Positions 1-5,743 of a DNA stretch of 32,000 nt are shown one piece after another; positions within the stretch are counted from its first letter, which is position 1, and every line of letters begins with the position of its first letter. This DNA comes from Promethearchaeota archaeon (GTDB lineage: Archaea; Asgardarchaeota; Hermodarchaeia; Hermodarchaeales; Hermodarchaeaceae), in contig JBHLMI010000016.1 in the NCBI GenBank assembly GCA_048938295.1, positions 1 through 32,000 on the forward strand, read 5' to 3'. Below the pieces are notes generated by a model. That model worked only from the letters and a program-made list of their open reading frames with translations, was not told the origin of the DNA and ran no database searches. The position numbers were made by a program, and so were the translations under genes.

Positions 1-12
1 CTTCGATATTAT

Positions 13-131
13 GCTTTGGCAACTTTACTGGTGCGATAACCGCATAAGAAGAGGATCGACTTTTCCCGTTATCAGCCTAGAAAACTCCTGAAAAAATTTA
101 ATCGGTTATCGCCCTTGAGAACGTTTTCCTA
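13..131. repeat. Dispersed intergenic element, copy 1 of 5
   Basis: GCGATAACCG (33-42) and CGGTTATCGC (103-112) form a perfect 10-bp inverted repeat. Inside are TTTTCCC-GTTATC (61-73), GAAAACTCCTG and GAAAAAATTTAAT; the element ends in AGAACG...CCTAA. The same blocks recur in the same order near 713, 3499, 4765 and 5487. Confidence 0.85.
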
Positions 132-644
132 AGGACTTAATTGAAGTTGATAGGTGGCTAGGCTGAGTTTCTTTCCCCATGGTGTATCAATAGTTGATTC
201 TTTCATCAGCTTGAATCCATTCTTCTCGTAAAACCTTCTAGCATGATCTTCATTCTTACCAGCATTCACTATTATCATTCTGATATCCTTAATCTTCGCA
301 TTCTCGACTACATGTTTTAGAAGATGAGTTCCAATGCCCTTTCTCTCATGACTTGGAAAGACTACAATAAGATCTTGTTCCGCTGTTTTAACATCCTGCT
401 GTATTATCTGAGCAAAACCTACTAATTCGTTTTCTTCAAGGGCTATATAGAAGGTCGCTTCTCCAGAAGTAACAGCCTTCATCAATGGTTCCTCTGCAAG
501 AGCCCTTCTCACATACTCTTCTGGAATGCCAAACCTAACAACATTTTCCTGATACAGCCTACTATTCTTATCCGCTAAATAGTCAAGAAACCTCTTACTG
601 AGAGCTTGAATATCCCTCAGACTAGCCTTTCGTATTAAAACCAT
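129..644 (-). CDS. GNAT-family N-acetyltransferase
   Basis: 171 aa with an acetyl-CoA motif A-like segment (VVFPSHERKGIGTHLL) and the C-terminal N..ARRFYEKNGF motif. Confidence 0.9.
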   Translation of the reverse strand: MVLIRKASLRDIQALSKRFLDYLADKNSRLYQENVVRFGIPEEYVRRALAEEPLMKAVTSGEATFYIALEENELVGFAQIIQQDVKTAEQDLIVVFPSHERKGIGTHLLKHVVENAKIKDIRMIIVNAGKNEDHARRFYEKNGFKLMKESTIDTPWGKKLSLATYQLQLSP

Positions 645-712
645 GAAGAGAACACATCTCCAACAAATTAACTAAAATCCCCTCACCAATCGGTCATTGG
701 GTTTTCGTGCTT

Positions 713-805
713 CTTATAACTAACTTTTCCTGTTATCATACAAAAAACCCCTGGAAATATTATTCTGTTATCGCCCCTAAGAACGCCTTCTTTAGTCTTT
801 GCGGG
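713..805. repeat. Dispersed intergenic element, copy 2 (left part shortened)
   Basis: CTTATAAC...TTTTCCTGTTATCA...AAAAAACCCCTGGAAATATTATT-CT-GTTATCGCCCCTAAGAACGCCTTCTTTAGTCTTTGCGGG. The 3' ~40 bp closely match copy 4. Confidence 0.85.
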
Positions 806-912
806 TACGAATTAGTGTACAGTAAATCTTGCAGGTTAATTTTCTAATCCTAACTTGCGGAGATTTTTCCATTAGGAGTCAGCTAATGAGTTGACTAAAT
901 GGATTCATGATT

Positions 913-1440
913 CTAAAAGGCCGCATGACATTCTTCCATGATAGCACATTTTGTACAGACTTTTCGCCTCGTATAAACCACAATTCCTCCCAGCACAGCT
1001 AGAAAGCCAATTAACGAAATTACCGCAAATATGGAAAAATTCAGAAAGAACGAAATGACAATCAAAACAATTGGTATTAACCATATAATGAAGAAATTAT
1101 ATCCCCATTTTTTCGCGCAAACTACATGTTTCGTTAGGTCCGATTCTTTCCATTGTTCTAAAGGCACTAACCTCTCAACAGTCGACCCATCTTTTGCTGT
1201 GTCCTTTACTTTGTAGTAACAATATTGACAATGCCATAGCGGCATTGCTAAAAAGTAGTAGAGATTCGAATATAGCAAATACACCACGGCTGCCCAGAAA
1301 TTCAGGAATAATATCCCACTGGTGCCAAACGCTATCAAAACTATCGTTAACACCACCATAACAGCTGAACCATAGAAGGGACACTTGGGAAAAACTCCCA
1401 AAAACGTAAGTTTAGCCTCTTGCTCCACCACCATAATCAT
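913..1440 (-). CDS. Hypothetical membrane protein with Cys clusters
   Basis: 175 aa, about four hydrophobic helices; CQYC and CTKC-x4-C motifs lie in the soluble segments. Confidence 0.75.
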   Translation of the reverse strand: MIMVVEQEAKLTFLGVFPKCPFYGSAVMVVLTIVLIAFGTSGILFLNFWAAVVYLLYSNLYYFLAMPLWHCQYCYYKVKDTAKDGSTVERLVPLEQWKESDLTKHVVCAKKWGYNFFIIWLIPIVLIVISFFLNFSIFAVISLIGFLAVLGGIVVYTRRKVCTKCAIMEECHAAF

Positions 1441-1500
1441 TCACTACCCGATCAAATGTATCTATTTTTTTTAGCTCTCACAACTGCAAGTTTCGTAAGA

Positions 1501-1902
1501 TTACTCTTCCTGTTTAGGCCACTTCCATGCATACCAAACAATCAGCGCAGTAAATACAAGGTATAAAATTCCCAAAAATATCTCATAAGCGGGCACAGTT
1601 AAAATTGCTGTGATCAAAAAAACGAGATCAAAACCTACCATGAATATACCTACAATGAGGTTTACCCAACGATTCGCTTTATCCGGTAATGTCAGGGACG
1701 GGAACACCATAACAGCCGGAATCACCGTAATTAGTGTTATTAGCAACAAAAGTTCATTAGTCATTGGTATACCGCCCCAGATTTCTCCGGATATTATTTG
1801 CTCCAACTTCCCTGGCTCAAGAAATCGGATGATATCCCCCACAAAACCTGTTAACAATCGAGTTATCCATAATATTGAAAGCTTTATCTTCACATCTTCC
1901 AT
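1501..1902 (-). CDS. DUF6326-like membrane protein
   Basis: 133 aa, about four TM helices. The N-terminus (KIKLSILW...GDIIRFLEPGKLEQIISGE) and central SLTLPDKANRWVNLIVG resemble DUF6326 proteins as I recall them. Confidence 0.7.
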   Translation of the reverse strand: MEDVKIKLSILWITRLLTGFVGDIIRFLEPGKLEQIISGEIWGGIPMTNELLLLITLITVIPAVMVFPSLTLPDKANRWVNLIVGIFMVGFDLVFLITAILTVPAYEIFLGILYLVFTALIVWYAWKWPKQEE

Positions 1903-1999
1903 AATGGGCTCACGTCCTCAGATTAGCGATATCTTAGGTCATCTGAAACCTTGTATTATTTATTACTTGTGAGTTCCTGAAACTGTGGAAGTGAAAAAA

Positions 2000-2060
2000 A
2001 TGAAAGCGATGGTATGCACGAAATCTGGATCACGCTGAGATCTTCCAACTTTCTAAATTT
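2000..2060 (+). pseudogene. N-terminal remnant of an MDR-family NAD(P)-dependent alcohol dehydrogenase/quinone oxidoreductase
   Basis: ATG at 2000 reads MKAMVCTKSGS. Removing one base near 2033 continues as PEIFQL, matching the family N-terminus MKAIVCTKYGPPEVLQL. Confidence 0.6.
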
Positions 2061-2071
2061 CTGGTAGAGAA

Positions 2072-3109
2072 TTATTTATTCAGACTATCTTTCAAAACAA
2101 CATCTATCAACAGTTCATCGTATCTCTTTTTTTCTTCTATCATTGGCATATGCCCTGAATCTTCAAAAATGATGAGCTTTTTACCTTTTTCAGCATCTAA
2201 GTTGTCATAGAATTTCTCAACAAGAACTGTGGGAGTAACCACATCGTATTTTCCTTCAAAGAAGTAGATGGGAACTCTAATAGATTGTATTTCTTTGATA
2301 AGATTGACATTTTTCAATTCCTCCCACATTGTTTTCATAGTAAAATGGAGTCCCTTGTTTCTGAGCGTTCTAATTCCTTCTGATAGTGAATATTCGGGTG
2401 AAGTTAAGAAATATAACACTAAAGGTATCATTTGCCTAATAGGCTTATCACGTACGAATCCTCCATAGTGGGTAATGTGCCCTTCCATTTTTAGGAACGT
2501 TTTAGGCGACTCATAAGGTGGTGGGCCTATTGCTTTTATTGCATTTTGCCTGCCTACCTCTCCGGATTTTTCAGCTTCTTCAACTAGAAAATTATATGAT
2601 ATTTTTTGCTGTTCATAGCTGTTTATTTCTTGCGCGACTCCAACATATGCATGTATTTTCTCCGGATATTTGTATGCAGTCTTAATTCCTATTATCGTTC
2701 CCCCTGAATGCGCAACAATGAAAACTTTTTGCGTGTGAAATCTATTTCGTAAATAATCAATTAACTCATTACAGTCCTCAACAAATCTATCTAAAGTCAT
2801 TGAATCAACTGGGATATCACGATTAAATGATTTGCCAGCCCCTCGTTGATCCCAATGAACTACTGTAAAATGTTTAATTAACTCAGCATCATATTTACGC
2901 GAACTTGACATCCCTAACAAAGGCGCACCAGGACCACCATGCAAAAATAACAAAACTGGATTATTTTGATCTGTACCTCTGATAAATATCCATTGTTTTA
3001 AATCACCAAGTGTAATCTCCTCCAATGAACTTATACCGTTAGCTGTCTTGATTCTAGTCGAATTTCTCAAATAATATTTATACAATAATAAACCGACATA
3101 GAGAAGCAA
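2072..3109 (-). CDS. Alpha/beta hydrolase (proline iminopeptidase-like), N-terminally anchored
   Basis: HGGPG oxyanion motif, WDQRGAGKS, nucleophile elbow AHSGG, acid GKYD and His in SGHMP. The frame stays open upstream to a TGA at 3170-3172 and adds a hydrophobic helix, so the true start is probably upstream of 3109. Confidence 0.9.
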   Translation of the reverse strand: MLLYVGLLLYKYYLRNSTRIKTANGISSLEEITLGDLKQWIFIRGTDQNNPVLLFLHGGPGAPLLGMSSSRKYDAELIKHFTVVHWDQRGAGKSFNRDIPVDSMTLDRFVEDCNELIDYLRNRFHTQKVFIVAHSGGTIIGIKTAYKYPEKIHAYVGVAQEINSYEQQKISYNFLVEEAEKSGEVGRQNAIKAIGPPPYESPKTFLKMEGHITHYGGFVRDKPIRQMIPLVLYFLTSPEYSLSEGIRTLRNKGLHFTMKTMWEELKNVNLIKEIQSIRVPIYFFEGKYDVVTPTVLVEKFYDNLDAEKGKKLIIFEDSGHMPMIEEKKRYDELLIDVVLKDSLNK

Positions 3110-3343
3110 AAAGAATCCTGCTATGGATACAACAATTTGTAAAAATAAATTCAGAGTTTTTCCCTTTTTTCAAAACAATTGTAGCTTAAGCATATAAATC
3201 ATGAGTGCTTGCAAGTCTTGATCAAATAAGAGCACTCTAACGAAGTCTAGAACAATTTTCAATTGAATCCTATATCCTGCGAAGTACACCTGTTATAATA
3301 AAAGTCACACCACAGATAGGGCTAATTCTAGGGATATCACCCG

Positions 3344-3463
3344 ATTGAAGGCAACTGGGTCATAGAGAGACGCTATCCGTTGGAACAGATTGCTGAAGCT
3401 TATCGCCATATCGAAAAATGGCATAAAAAAGGCAATGTAGTTGTAACGGTAGACCATAGTTAG
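3344..3463 (+). pseudogene. C-terminal remnant of an MDR-family NAD(P)-dependent alcohol dehydrogenase
   Basis: Plus-strand frame reads [39 protein letters not shown], matching the family C-terminus [31 protein letters not shown]. There is an in-frame TAG at 3329 and no start codon. Confidence 0.8.
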
Positions 3464-3498
3464 ATGAAACGAATCCGTGTATATGCAGCAGAACACGT

Positions 3499-3606
3499 AC
3501 TTTACCGGTGCGATGACAATAGAAGGAGCCTAATTTTCCGGTTCTCACACGAGAAAACACTTGAAAAAGTTAAATCCATTATCACCGTTTAGAACGCCTT
3601 CTTAAA
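3499..3606. repeat. Dispersed intergenic element, copy 3
   Basis: ACTTTACCGGTGCGATGAC (cf. ACTTTACTGGTGCGATAAC in copy 1)...TTTTCCGGTTCTCA...GAAAACACTTGAAAAAGTTAAAT-CC-ATTATCACC...AGAACGCCTTCTTAAA. Confidence 0.8.
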
Positions 3607-3727
3607 TATGGTCTACTCCACAAAGCTTCCAGACTTTCTCTCCATTAAATCCCAAAAGTCAAGATTATTAGTAAGGCTATTAAAGACACATTCCATCATT
3701 TTTGTAAATTTTTCGTAAATTCTTGTC

Positions 3728-4591
3728 TTAGAAAATTTCCTTGAAAAGTAAAAGAAGCGTTTTGACTCCTTTTTTATCATAATCCAGCTTTGGATGGTAA
3801 CAAGTAATACTCATCCCGATTAGTTGGTTTCTTTCCTTTATGAGAGTAAGCAATTCTTGGATTTCGTTGTATGAGAGACCACCCTCAACAGGATACTGTA
3901 TTGCTGGCATGATTTCTTTATCCAAGACATCAACATCAAAATGGAGCCAAAGTGGCAAATCCGGATTCTGGAATGAGCCAAGGCTTCGACGAAAGGTGGA
4001 TCCAATTCCATCTTTTAAGATTGATTTGCGATCAACTAACATGATATTCGACCTTTCAATAGAGTCGAGTTCACCTATTCCGTATGCAATGACATTTTCC
4101 TCAGGCAGTAACGGACCTCGTCCCGTCATGTAGACGATTTCTTTCGACAAATGCCCTGTCAAGGCGGCTAATTCCAAGTCAGCAGGCTCACCGGTTGTTG
4201 ATGTATCAAGAGTGTGAAAATCAGCGTGTCCGTCGAGAAAGAAGAGGTTCAAAGGTTGCTTCATTACATTAAACGCGTCAAAAATCCCCATTAGAATGGC
4301 ACAGTCTCCGCCCAGTACAATCGGGAAACTATCTTGAGCTAATTCATCACCTAGGATTCTGGATAAACTCAGAGATACCTCTCGCCACACATCAAAATTC
4401 AAAACATTTGTAATCGGATCTTTCTTATTTGAAAACATAGGAATGTGCAAATCGCCACGATCAGTTAGGTGGTGTCCTTTGTTCTGAAGTAAGGAAATCA
4501 CCCCTTCGTCTCTAAGGGATTGGGCTGGGTTTTCAACTTCAGGAGGCGTTCCATCTCCATTAAACGGAACTCCAATGATCGTAATTTTCAT
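3728..4591 (-). CDS. Arginase/ureohydrolase-family protein
   Basis: GGDC, DGHADF (DxHxD) and HFDVDVLD (DxD) metal-binding motifs; 287 aa. Confidence 0.9.
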   Translation of the reverse strand: MKITIIGVPFNGDGTPPEVENPAQSLRDEGVISLLQNKGHHLTDRGDLHIPMFSNKKDPITNVLNFDVWREVSLSLSRILGDELAQDSFPIVLGGDCAILMGIFDAFNVMKQPLNLFFLDGHADFHTLDTSTTGEPADLELAALTGHLSKEIVYMTGRGPLLPEENVIAYGIGELDSIERSNIMLVDRKSILKDGIGSTFRRSLGSFQNPDLPLWLHFDVDVLDKEIMPAIQYPVEGGLSYNEIQELLTLIKERNQLIGMSITCYHPKLDYDKKGVKTLLLLFKEIF

Positions 4592-4764
4592 AGACTACGT
4601 CTCTATCTCTAATCACCCAAGGAATTTACTGAAAAATGTATTCAACAAGAACGGATGCCATTGTCGTCTTTAGTCTCGGTGGTAGATGAGCTATCACGGC
4701 AAAGGTGACACATTTTATCTTGGGCGCTCTTTATTAGACAGTATTAATTTAGTCTTCGGCGTTC

Positions 4765-4898
4765 GCTTTTGGCAGACTTTTCTTGAGCGATGACAGGGTA
4801 AGACTACAGCTGTCCTTTTTCCGTTGTCGATTAAAAAAACTCTGAAAAAAATTAAACCCGTTATCGCCCGCAAGAACGCCTTTCTTAGCCTTTGCGGG
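4765..4898. repeat. Dispersed intergenic element, copy 4
   Basis: GCTTTTGGC...GCGATGAC (4787-4794)...TTTTTCCGTTGTCG...AAAAAAACTCTGAAAAAAATTAAA-CCC-GTTATCGC (4860-4867)...AAGAACGCCTTTCTTAGCCTTTGCGGG. Confidence 0.85.
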
Positions 4899-4967
4899 AA
4901 TTCCTAGTTTCCCAGAAATTGTTGTGGGTTGAGTGCACAAAGGCGTCATTTAAGAAGAAACAAGAGA

Positions 4968-4988
4968 GGGTGCCCCAGCAAGGGGCAC
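4968..4988 (-). terminator. GC-rich hairpin, terminator-like, downstream of 5022..5390
   Basis: Perfect 8-bp stem GGTGCCCC/GGGGCACC with a 5-nt loop. On the minus strand it is followed by the pyrimidine tract CTCTCTTGTTTCTTCTT. Confidence 0.55.
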
Positions 4989-5021
4989 CGATGAGTACGT
5001 GGTATGTTTTCGGGGGTGAGT

Positions 5022-5390
5022 TTACTTGAAGGCACTTCGGACGAAGAAGAGATAGATCACGATGATGAGGGGGAGGATGATGTAGACCAGTGAAAAGTAG
5101 TCCATGAGGCCAGAGGACCAGAAGTTGTAGGCTCCGAGAATGATAGAGATAAGGTTGATGATGAAGGTGAGCCACCAGGCCCAGCCCTTCAAGGTCCAGA
5201 GTCCCCAGAAGAGGATGAGGCCGATGATACCCATGATGAGAATGACGGCACCGATTGCCACCAAGATCATTCCGAAGATAGGAATCGCCAAACCACCCAT
5301 AATCTGGAGGGCACCGAGTGCGAGTTGTGCGAGTGCAGCAAGGAGTTGTAGAATAGCGATGATGGTTACGCCCATTGGTCGTTCAGACAT
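5022..5390 (-). CDS. Small four-TM membrane protein (DUF2127-like)
   Basis: 122 aa, RPMGVTIIAILQ N-terminus and GLWTLKGWAW motif; the frame is entirely hydrophobic. Confidence 0.75.
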   Translation of the reverse strand: MSERPMGVTIIAILQLLAALAQLALGALQIMGGLAIPIFGMILVAIGAVILIMGIIGLILFWGLWTLKGWAWWLTFIINLISIILGAYNFWSSGLMDYFSLVYIILPLIIVIYLFFVRSAFK

Positions 5391-5416
5391 TCTTTACACC
5401 AAATATTGGTTTTTTC

Positions 5417-5438
5417 TTACTTCCAAGAGTGGAAGTAA
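5417..5438. promoter_or_regulatory. 8-6-8 palindrome, operator-like
   Basis: TTACTTCC-aagagt-GGAAGTAA, about 30-50 bp upstream of the 5390 start codon. Confidence 0.4.
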
Positions 5439-5486
5439 TTACTTTCCTCTATGTAAACATCTCCCTTAAAAATCAAATATCGCTTA

Positions 5487-5593
5487 GCCATAACTCTTTA
5501 GACCCGGCACAAATCTGCTTTACCCTTAAAAAGCTCCCAGAAAACCCTTGAAAAACTTATGTAGTTATCGTTCCCAGAAACGCCTTCCTAAAT
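5487..5593. repeat. Dispersed intergenic element, copy 5 (most degenerate)
   Basis: GCCATAAC (5487-5494)...AGAAAACCCTTGAAAAACTTAT-GTA-GTTATCGT (5564-5571)...AGAAACGCCTTCCTAAAT. Confidence 0.7.
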
Positions 5594-5743
5594 CTCCACC
5601 ACTCAAGAAAACACGATAAACAAATACTTAACAAACCCCCAGATCTTAAAACATAATTTCGTCTTGAACTCTTTTACTTTAACATTTAAACTACAGGTCA
5701 AAATTGAATAGTTAATTAGTAATTAGCCAAAGGATAGTGTAAA

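Noticed and set aside
3170-3172. In-frame TGA as selenocysteine or readthrough in the hydrolase
   Set aside because: It falls in a non-catalytic N-terminal segment next to a homopolymer tract, and no SECIS-like support is visible. An indel or alternative start is simpler.
4749-5175. ORFs 4749..4949 and 4885..5175
   Set aside because: They overlap repeat copy 4, a terminator-like hairpin and the better-supported membrane gene; no recognisable motifs.
13-5593. Repeat family as a CRISPR array or classical MITE
   Set aside because: The copies are ~100+ bp, degenerate and separated by whole genes. Homology extends beyond the inverted boxes on both sides, so these are not terminal inverted repeats, and I saw no target duplications.
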